Shown: piece by piece, positions 13,301 to 25,300 of the stretch
How the letters are laid out: every line of letters begins with the position of its first letter
Position numbering within the stretch: the first letter of the stretch is position 1
DNA from: Antedon mediterranea
Taxonomy: Eukaryota > Animalia > Echinodermata
Assembly: GCF_964355755.1 (NCBI RefSeq)
Contig: NC_092679.1
Coordinates: 20,443,432-20,507,431 of the forward strand
Direction: 5' to 3'
DNA length: 64,000 nt
Notes under the pieces: model-generated
What the model was told of the DNA's origin: nothing
Databases searched by the model: none
Seen by the model: only the letters and a program-made list of their open reading frames with translations
Made by a program: the position numbers and the translations under genes

Positions 13301-16300
13301 CTTTTTTTCCCAGCTATAAAAAAATATAAATCTTATATATTCAAGCTTATAAAAAACTTAGAATTTAAATTGTATTTGTAAATAATGTCCTTTCTATATT
13401 CTACTACAATTATTAAAATCTTCAAATACTTTCAATCAGTAAAGTGGGAGAAACTAATGCATGGCAATTGAAAAAAATCAACCAATCAAATTGTAAGGAT
13501 CTACTTACTGTAAATGATTTTCTAATTTCATCTCTCATCACATCATCATACAGTATACCAATATGGTAAGATTTTTTCATCATTCTCACATCATTAACTC
13601 ATACATCAATTCCATCATACTGCATACCACAATATAGTATTAGTATTATTATCTTGTCTTTCTCATTATCACCTCTCTACAGTATTATCATCCTCTTAGT
13701 CTTATATCAATCAATACAATGGCATCATCATTTAAAAACTCATCTTTCTCCTCATCACTACAATTCTAAACTCATCTTCATTCACTATATGACAGTATCA
13801 ACACCTTTTTGATTTACAGTAACATTATCAAATAGTTAATTAACATATTTTACATATTTTTGTCAGATGTGACTTGTTGCTGTAGGCATGATATTATCAC
13901 TGAAACATGTCAACAGACCAGATTGAACTTTTGACCACATCATATATTAACTTGATCATCAGTGAGGCATATCATTATAATCATGTCATACTGTTTGTTT
14001 TAAAAGCAGTACTAAAATATAAATTGCCTAATTAGCATCTTTATTCATTAGTCCTATAGGATCAAAGGAGAAGAGAGAAAAGTTGAGGAATGAGGAGAAA
14101 GGGAGACTAGATATGAAATTGGGAGTGGTTGTTTGATGCTCTAAATGTATATGCTACAGGTATGAGCGCTTACTGGCTAGACTCAGGGGGTCCCAGAGCT
14201 CAAGGGACGCCAGAGCATGAGCAGTCCCATGCAACTACCAGCGTTGGAGTGCTAAAACAGGGACCTTTGTTACGTCACTGATAGTAGTCATATTAAGCGT
14301 ATGAGAATACGGTGTCTCACAGGTCTGGCATAGGTTTGGAATGAATATAGCGACACTATTGTAAGTGTATACTGCCAGCATGAAAAACCAGAGCCTTGTA
14401 TGTAGTACAAAATGTTTGAGTTATGACTCACGGTTTTGGTGAATGTATAAATACTCATTTAATGTCTCTCAAAATAATTCTGGGACAACATTACATAAGT
14501 CAAAGAGCGACACTGTTCAAAGTATTGTAGCCCAACCCCAAGTACATGTAGACAAAATCCCTTCTACTGTAAATCGCTATGGCACGTTCAATAATAGAAA
14601 ATTAATCTCTCTCCTAAGGAATAAAAATGTCCATAATTGACAACTAATCTCTCTCGGAGAATAAAAATGTCGGTCAAACAAAAGGTACTGTAATTCAACG
14701 CCAGTCATTCCTACAGACAATTGATGATAATTGCCAATAGCAACGACAGACATTCCACAGTCATTTAAAGCAGATTTTAATAATAGAAAATAAAAAAACA
14801 ATCAAAATATTATTTCGAATTACTGAATGTTAAAAAATAATTATTATCTCATTTATTTTATTCATTAATTTTTATTTTTTTTAATCATGTTAGAATTGGA
14901 AATAATTTGGAATTTTGCAGGCTGAATTATTGAATATTAAAAACAAAACTTAATACTTTTTTATGAAGCAAAAACATTCAAATCTCCTGCAGAGAGATAC
15001 AACAGTATATTTAGCAAAATTGTACAGTTGGTACAAATACTGTACTGTATAACTGTAAAAAATTTGTTCTCTTTATTCATTTACATTTTCTTTTTTTTAT
15101 GCATGATATTTTGCTATGTATAGTCGTTTGTATTGAACGAAACTTTTATCCAAGGTTTCAAACACTTTATTTGTCTGCACCAGTAAGCAGAGAAATATTC
15201 AAAAAGAATTCATATTTAAAATACAGAGCTCTGATGCATATACCATCTGGAATATCTACTGGTATTTTCAACATTACCAATACAAAACCACAGATACATG
15301 ACAATACTGTGTAATACCACCAGCAGAGAAACTTTAAATATCTGATGAATTATTAATATCACATTGCAAATTTCTTTGTTATTCATCAACTGCAGAAAAC
15401 ACCAAATAAATTATGTTCTATTTTTCAACAAAAAATATGGAAACCAGTAATCACTACCGTACTTGGAAATTGATGATGTCATACAAACTTTACTTAATTT
15501 GTTTCCTTTTTTTTTTTAATGGGTTTAACACAATGTAGAGTGTTACTGTTAGTAACTTTAGTAATTTAATTATCAAAACATTATTTCATTTTTCTGAAAA
15601 GTCTATTTATTAATTTTATTAACAAAAAATATTATTATATTTACAATAATCTAAAAATAAATATCTGAACGTTTCTGTCTATTGATAAATTACTGTAAAC
15701 TGTAAACGAATTTGAAGACCTGTTAATAATTAATAGGTAATACTTGTTAAAAATGTTAATATAAAATTTATAATAATCTATAGTATAAATAAATTTCACT
15801 GTAATATTACTCCAGTTGCAGGATGGGAGTGCTACAGCATTGCTAACATGATATAAACAAATCAAATCAAATTAATAAAATTTTGACTAAATGCTACCGG
15901 TCTGGATCCACCCCGGTAAGAAGTAGATTGTATTTTTTGTTTCTTCTTAAGCACGGTAAATTAATCACAGCTTAAGTAATAATAATAATAATAATGAATA
16001 ATTTCACCATAGATTTATTTTCATTTAGTATAAATTTACATAATTTTTTGTAATAAATTTTTTTAAAGGAAGTACTTATGTGTGCATGTGTGTTCGCCGA
16101 CTCAAAAGAAATTAGATTCACAAAAATAAGAAGATAAAAGTGTGATCTTAGCCTGGGAAATCTGTAATGAATTAAAATGCTAATAATATACAGTAGTATT
16201 ATTAGAGAGGTTTCGCAATCTTACGAATACGATAACGAAAACGGATACGTCACGCACACGTATTCGTTTTCGTAAGCCATAAAAAAATCTGTTTCGCATG

Positions 16301-19300
16301 GCAACGAAATATTTTGTACAAAAAATGACTGCGGTAAATTTGAGCGAAGCGCAGGTACGTGTTGCTTGGTGCTTGGCTGCCTAGGCCTAGCGTAACATCA
16401 AAGCGAGTGAGGAATTTAAAAACTGCTATTTATCAAAATTGACTTGGCATTTTAGTAAATTACTTTAGCAAATTACTTTCAATAAATCTATAATTATATT
16501 ATAATCATGAATCATTCCTGATTCAAATGCAAAATGTGCAAAATGTGCAAAATAGATCAAAAACTATACTCGTTTTGTAGTTACGAATATGACTGGTGAT
16601 ATTCGTCAACACGAATACCCTTTACGAATATGAAATGGGGATCAGCTCAAAAGTTTCACAAATGTATGACGTATCCGTTTTCGTTATCGTATTCGTAAGG
16701 TTGCGAAACCTCCCTACTATCATGGTTATTTTGTATACTATAATTAATACATGTTCTGATAGAGCCTTGAGAAAGGAAGTAATAGAATATATTTAATATA
16801 ATTTTATATCAAATAAAAATTCAGTTTCAAACTTTTGTTTTATCTGTGATAAATATTGATTATTCCTTCCTTATTTCACAATTAGAAATTAATTTGTGTA
16901 ATGCCACAGCCTTGAAAATCATTGCATTCCATAATTAGTAAAACAAGTATAAATTATTCAAGCATGTTTAGTGTGGAAGATCTCAACGTTTTACTGTGTA
17001 GGAGGAGAAAGGCTTACATTTGGTATTGAAGTTTGGCACTGTGGTTCCACACTGTCCTAATTGGCTGTATATTTCACTAGCCCAAATAATAAGTGGGCCT
17101 ACAGTACTGTACAGTACTACAGCATGTTTAGTGTGGGAGACCTCAAAGTTTACCACGTGGGAGGAGAAGAGCTTATTACATTTGGTAATGGCCAACAGTA
17201 CTCTCTTGAAAATACACTACTGTACAGTACATTGCGATAGGTGAATATTGTATCTGGTAAACAATAGTTAATTGACGTTCTCTACTGTAGGATAAAGTTT
17301 ATTCCTACAAGATATCTTTACCAGCTCAACAAATGAATGGAGTACATCATGATATACACCTGCTACTGTACTGTACATTAAGTACAGTCAGGTACTTTCA
17401 TTAAATATTATAATTATAATATAATATAATTGAGGAAGGGTTAGTACTACTACCCAAAAGTTCAGCAATTTCTTTTTGCCTGTTTTACTTTATTTCGTTT
17501 TGATATAGCCTTTTGCTTATTTTTTTATTGTATTCCATTGAGATCCAGTCAGTGATACCTACAATGTTGTCTTTTTTTTCAGTTACTTCCTTTTGATAAA
17601 TTTTAAAATTAGTTTTATATTTAAAAATAGAAAATATTCATTCATAATAATTCACTACGCAATTTATCATAATAAATATTGGTCTGTAAATTTCATAAAG
17701 CCGCATTGTTGATATTGTGTGTTGGTATACTACTAGAAAACCAACAGCATAAATAATCTATTGTGTGTAGTTTCCACACAGCCTCATTTGAAAAGAGCTT
17801 CATGGACTTTCTTTTTCATTTGTGGTAGGCTATTGTCATGCAAAACAACAATAAACCTTAAAGCTATACATTGTATACAGTCTGTATCTAGGAATTTTAA
17901 ACCACGCATTAGAGAATTTCAAAATTAACAATTGGATGCACAATTGATAGTTAAAAAGGGTCAAATTATAATTATTTTTTATTCATATTTTTTTAATATT
18001 TTATTTCTAAATCAACTGATTGATTATATAGAATAAAATATAAAAATTCCCCCGGATATAGCAAAACATAAATAATACAAGGAAGTATCACACACAGTAT
18101 AACCTTGGATATAAAATTGGAGACTTTAAAAGGGTCAAAATTTTTTTTTTTCAATTTTTAAAATATTTTATTTCAAAATCAACAGATTAGATTGATTATA
18201 AATAAAATATAACAATTCCCCCCGGAAATAGCAAAACATAAACAATAAAGGAAATATCGAAAAGAATACCAAACAAAAATAAATATATCAATATAAATTG
18301 TTTAAATAATCAAATAGATTAGTAGTAGGATGCAATATGTGGAACATTATTATTATTATTCTAAAGTAAAATTCTACATCCGGAGCAATTTAAATTTAAA
18401 CAGCTTTGTCGTAAAGATTGATGCTAAGTAGAATCGTGTGTATAATATGGTGATAAGTATTCCACAACCAAGAAGAGTTTTATGTGACTATGCACAGCAT
18501 GGGTAAATGACATCAAAACTCTAATGCTCTTTAGTCTAAGATTCTAGACAGCGAATTGGCTGTTTACTTTGGTAAGAAAAGGAATTTGGCACACATGGCG
18601 TGTCATACCTTGAGCTAAAATAATTTTTCTGATTTCTTTACAGTACAGGCAATGAAAGTACCGTACTGTAAAATTGAAACCTGATAGTGACAATAACTTG
18701 GGGCAAGTCATTCAACAATATGTAGAAGTAAATATTTTCTTAAGCTCTGTCTACACCATCAAATTTTATGTGACAAAAAATGTGAGATATGCCTATATAT
18801 GGACATGATGTTGTCATATCACTACCATATTTAAGCGTATCACTTGACTACCATATTTGGGCACTTTGTCAAACTAGTTTGATAGTGTAGACATAGCTTT
18901 AAACGTTCAAGTGGTATTAGTCAGGACCGGAAGATCTCTTGCCGACTCTAAAGCTTGACCATTTTAAAGAAATTGGCACCCAAATATCAAAATGCCCTCA
19001 AAATACTCCAATCGTGAACTTATACAGTATCGACACCAACACAGTATAGATATAAACTGTTTTAAATTTCACAACATATAAGCCTATCTTCTATCATTGA
19101 ACTGTGCAGAACAGCACGTCTGGATTCCAGCCAATGAAAGCTGATGCTCAATGTATAAACATTTGTTCATCTGTTTGTAGAACGGTATGTTAGGTCAGAA
19201 GGATGTTTTTACAGTTGTCGGACGCTTAAATGGTAGATAAACGTTGATCGTGACATTGTATAGAATATATACAATAGTTGGAGTCTTCTTTTAGGGATCA

Positions 19301-22300
19301 TCCCATATTCCAAACAGAAATTAAATTCTGCTCATCATACAAAACCGAGTTATATAACTCACTATACAACATGTAACCAATTATATAACTCACTATACAA
19401 AACCAAGTTATGTAACTCACTATAATAATAGTCAATGTCAATGTTAACATTTTGTGATGTCATTACTGTATATTAGAAAGGCCAAGGGTGAATGAAAACA
19501 AACCAAGGGGGGCAAGAGTGGGTATAACATTGCATAAATCTTGACAGTACAGTATACAGTGGATATGAAAAGGCTTATTAAGAGACTTCTATCAGGTAGG
19601 AGCAGAGTTATCCTTGTTGAAAAAAAACCCTCAATAATCATTTAGGCTGGGTAGAAAATGTGACTAAGTAGGCATCATAAATGGTTGAAATGAGCAGCAT
19701 CACTAATTGCCACCATTTACTGTAGCTTGAAGAAATCCTATGTTCCTACACAGTGAATTCAAAACAACCTAAAATAATTCATAAACTGCAATAATCTTAA
19801 GCTCTGTCTACTGTACACTATCAAACTAGTTTGATAAAACAAGTGTGATGTGCCCAAATATGGTAGTGATATGCCAAATATGGTAGTGATATGCCCAAAT
19901 ATGGTAGTGATAATATGACAACATTGTGTCCATAGGCACATCACATTTTTTTGTTTGATATTAATATTCTAAGACCAACCTCTCTTAAAAGCTTTGCTGC
20001 ATCTTCACATACATTCATACCACGTGATTCTGTCACCTCGACAGATCCAAGGTACTGAAAAAATAACAAAAATAAAATAATGTTTTGTGATTTTTATAAA
20101 TAATGCCATCAATGTTCTGTATATTGTTAATTATGTGACAGGTATTTTAACTTCTTTAAACATGAAGCCTCTATGGAGAGTAATAGTGATGATTCTTGTT
20201 GTCAGATTTTATCCCGCAATCATTTTATGGGACTACAGTATATCCATTGTAACTGTGTGGTGTTACAGTTAAAACACTGTACAGTACTGTAATCCCATAT
20301 TTTTCATATTTTGTAGCTATACAGTATTTTTTACAATATAAAAAATAGTTATGATGTTGTTCTGGTCAGATTCGAGTCTGGTTGGAGGCATTTTATCCCG
20401 CAATAATTACAGAATTACAGTACAGTATCCATTGTAACTGCGTGGTGCACCGGTAATTATAGTTAAAAAACTGTACAGTATAGTCCCTTGTTTATAAATA
20501 TATTTTGTTAATGTATGCTGTACAGTATTTCTTGCAATATTAGAAGAAAATTACAAATTACTGAGTAGAGAAATTACTTACTTTAACGGAAAAATTACAC
20601 GAGCCAGCACGTACAAGTTTTTCGTCTTGCTGCCATTGGTGAGGTTTACTCGCTGTTGGGACACGCGATTCTTTCCGCCTAAAACTCCGCCTTAGTTTCT
20701 TCATGCTTAGCGATCTTCTAAGGCGATTTCCACGCTTAGGGGGGCTGCCTCCTTCGCCACCAGCACTGCTACTGCGCTTTCGCCCACCAAAGAAAAATTC
20801 CCTATAAAAAAAATAAAATAATTTTAAAAATTTAATTAATAATCAACATTCCTGTCCTGCAGACGATGACCTGAGATCTAAAGACTAAATTTTGTTTTTC
20901 TTCCTTTTTGCTTTTTTCTTCTGCTAAAGTTCTTCTTTCATTGTACTATACAGTACAGTATAATGTAAACTAAAACATGTATTTCATTTTCATTTTATTT
21001 ATTTCGTCAATTAAAAACATAATACAGTACAATACAAATAAATATAACAAAACTCTTTATTTTATTTTTATTTTATTTTATTTTATATAAGAAACCAACA
21101 GCGATAATTACCGCCAATAACAGGTTTGATACAAACAAAGCCAGGATTGTTTAAAACACCTTGATTGGTCCTACATTGATCAAGGGCTTCGCTCGTCCGG
21201 TGCCAACCTTCACCAGAGGAAAGGCAGATACTAGATGCAGGGCTGCCATAAGAGTCAGCAATGCTGATTTCAAATGGCTAACGGGACCCCAGGATTAAAC
21301 CAAGCAAACTTAATTGCTGTACGAATTTTCTTCACAAACACGGATCACAAAAAAGAAAACCGCTGAGCATGATGATGGTTAGACATATTACATAACACAT
21401 AAGACATAAAAAACTTTATTATCTCCAACAATCCGAAGAATTACAAGAGCTTGCAGTCAAACATACTGTACATAATAATAATATTAATATAAATATTTAA
21501 AATAATTATTTTAAAAACCTGATTTCTTCTAAGTCTAATGTAGCTCCATTAAACGCCATGCTGCTCAGTTGTATCACATCTCCAAGAGAATGAATGTTGA
21601 AAAATGAAGCACAATACAATGATTAATCTTATGCATGAAAACCATTAAATCAATTACGTTGACGCTAGATTTCTATAAACATGCTTGTTCAGGTGCTGGT
21701 TTCTAAGCATTCGTAAAGTGAGGCTTTTATTTTTTTATTGGTACTGATGGCGGCACAGATTGTACTATTATAATGTTTTATAACAACCTCCTAAACATTT
21801 CACTAAGGTTTAAAGGTTACATTAGTATAATTAATATTAAGAAAATGTTTCTTTGGATACTTTTTGTACAGTAAGTACTGTAAATAAATTGAAATGAAGC
21901 TTGGTGGTGGCTAATGATAATATACCTGTACTTGCTTTTACAAATCCTAGGCCAGGTGTTAATTCATACTTTATCCTGGCTCTGTAATACTGCAAGGTAC
22001 AGTACCAGAATTGTTCTCAGTGGCCAACAGTGCCACTACTGTACCTACAGTGAAGCATCACACTGTACTGTATAAGATTTTTTTTTATTAGAATACTGTA
22101 GGCTTGTTTTTTACTGAATTCTACCACTTTTAACATGCGTATTATATTATTTTTATTTAGAAAAACCCAATGATTTAACAATTTTGTCATTTGTTTTGTA
22201 TAATCCACCATGTTGACGATGCCTATTTTACTGACTGTATGAGTTTACTAGATAGAATTTAGTAACAAATAAATATAAGTATATCAAAGCCTGTAGAAAA

Positions 22301-25300
22301 TAAGTAAAGCTAATACAATATACACTCTGTAGATCACTGTGGTTTAAAGTATTCAAAAGGTGTGTTTCTATTGTTGATAACACAATATCTAGATAAAAAA
22401 CGTTAATATCCAGAATTATTGGTAAGAAGAATAGTCTAGGTCAGAGCATGGAACTATAAATTAGAGCTAATTTAATCCACTTAAATGTTCTTACTGTATT
22501 CCCACTCCAATGTACTCCATTTAAATGTACGTACTGTACAGTGAGTGAGTGAATGGCCGAGCGGTTAAGACAGTGGAACCGTCATTACATAGCCATAACA
22601 TTGGCAGGGGTTCGAGGCTCACTCACTCCATGGTTCTGGTGGTAGAACGAGTCTTCTCGGATAAGGACTATAAACCTAGAACCTAGTACATCTTTCGAGA
22701 CGAGTAGGGGGTTACCCCGGTGTATTAGTACATCACAGCCACTGATCACCAACTGGGCCCTCTGGGAGACCAGTCTTTGACTGAAGAGGTTACCCAGTAT
22801 AAATATATATTTCAATCAATTCAATCAATCTACTGTACAATTTACTTATACAGTACTCCACATGAAATGATGTAATGTTATTGTACTGTAGTGTAGATTT
22901 TACAGTACTGTGTAGCACCATGTACCATACACATGTACTGTACAGTACAGTAGCTACAAAATGAGACAATCAGTACAATCTACACATACAGTACCTACCC
23001 TACAGTACATTGCTGTACTGTAGGAACATGATCAATTACTGTAGTCCACTTTTCAGTACTTGCAGTTTCAGAAAAAAGGCTTAAAATCAGATTAATACAG
23101 TGATACCATACTATAGTTCTTGTGGTCCAAACAGTGACAATTAATCACAAAATGGTAAAGTTGAAACAGTTTATTTTCATACAATAAGTTTGTTATGACA
23201 TAAATAAATGCTCTGTATCATATTAACATTGCAGTTTGTGTACTGTATGACACAAAAGATAAAACATGACATTTTAATAGTTTATACAGTTAACTTAAAA
23301 GCATGATATAAATTAAAAGCTAGAACTGAAATCAGATCTTTTGTCAAAGCAATAAGGCTGCCTCTTTCTCATTACTTTAATTAGGAGTTATTTTCAAATG
23401 AAAACAATTGACCTGGGAATTACACTGGGAATATATTGAGATACTGAACTGAATTACAGTTTAACCTATCATAAGAATGATGAGAGAAATGGTCATGGTT
23501 GGTTGCTTATGAACTTTGTCGGAGGTTACTTCAGATACAGCCAGGAAATTTGACCTTTTTTAGAATGACTTTTATACAGGATGTATATTTGTATTCAACT
23601 TATCCATGGTAGAATAGAAATTAGTTCCTACAGTAGAGTATGTTGTTGAGCGATAACTGATATAAGTTGATGCAAACATTTTTACTTGTTGGCCTTCCAT
23701 ACATTTTGGCCTTCCATACAGTAGCATGACAATATAAAATCAGGGAGGTTTGTGGACAACCCCATCATTTCAAAGGGGTGGTCAACTGTTTTCTTCTTTT
23801 ACAGGTAGTAGTAAATGCCCTATCTTCAGAGAGGGATGGTAGTTATCCAGGTACAGTAAGGTACAGTAGTCACAAAATACTACTGTAAGACTAGTATCTT
23901 AGTCACCAGCCTGTATAGTACAATTTACTAACAGCTAGTAAACTTGTGTTTACATTATTAATAAGATCTAGACACAAGATAAGACTCCAAATAGTGAAAG
24001 GCGTAATTTGGACAGATTTTAAGATAAGCCAACATTATTCAAAGTAAATTAAAACTGTTCATGCTATCAAGTGTGTGTAAACAAACTGTAGCCCTTGTGG
24101 TACTCATAGGGGAATTCCTCTCCACTGACATAATACTGTACTCTGTTGCCATGCCATGATTATAGTTACTGTATAGTACAGTAGTATGTTTTCTAAGTAG
24201 TAGTTCTGTACTGTAGCTGCTGTACACATTGTCAAAAGTCAAATGTAATGTACAGTGATACTTACAGTATTCATATGGAATAATATCTAAGAATTAGTAC
24301 TGAGCTGTATTGTTGGGCCACCTGCTCCCACATCACACTACTGATTAAGAGGTGTACGAAGTGGAATTACTGTACTATATACTGTGCAGTATATCCCTTT
24401 TTTCTTCGTTTGTATTTATAGCTATCGGAGACAAAATTTAATTACTGCACAGCGGGAATAAGCAGTAAATTCCAACCTGTCCAAACGGGCCCCTACAGTA
24501 CAATCTGCACTGTTTAACATACAGTATGTTTGGTTTGTCTACTACATACGGTTGTTAGTATTGTAATAAACTCTGTATTTAAATTTCTGAATTTTTCTGA
24601 GGTGGAATATTATTTTACAGTAGAGTTTTGCGAAATAAGAAAACTATCCAGGCTGTACATTTTTTTACACATGTGTGTTTTAAAAATTTACACCAATCAA
24701 ATCTTTAATTAAGAACGTTTTCTGCTAATTTAGAAAAGTGTTACGTTCAATGAAGTTGAAGACCGTACAGTACTGTAATTTACCGAATGGATTGTATCAT
24801 TCATGGTAAATATTTGTTAATTTGTAAAATGCACTGCAGTGATCCGTGGACAATCTCTTTGAATAGCCTCAGTTAACAATCATAATTAACAGTATTGCTC
24901 CCATTAACGCAAACTAAAAAACAAATTAAACCAGTCATCCACATATGGTATGGTATTTTAAAGTAATTTGGATTTTTTTTAAACTAAAAACAAATTTAAA
25001 ATAACTGCTGTACATCGAAACGTTGAATCATAGCCCTTGCCTATTCGTATTCATATTCATTTATTATCTAGAAAAATAAAACCAAAAATTACAAAAAGCA
25101 TAAATTACATAGAACAACAAGCAGAGAAAAAACGCAGAACACTATCCTGGCGGTACAGCCTCTGGTTATTTGCAGTCAGTTTTATACTTACTATGTTATT
25201 TAAACTGCTGTAGGTTTCTAGTATCAGTAAGACTACTCAAGTATACTACAGTAGTATGACAAGCCATGGGTGCCAAAATGTTTTTTTAAACAAATTTACT

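Noticed and set aside
14174-14251. Selenocysteine read-through of the in-frame TGA in the candidate cassette exon
   Set aside because: A TAG follows two codons later and I saw no SECIS evidence.
22543-22630. Functional tRNA gene (also 43140-43222 and 56296-56362)
   Set aside because: The anticodon or T arms do not form a proper cloverleaf, and the segments are embedded in repeat bodies; treated as SINE/TE-derived.
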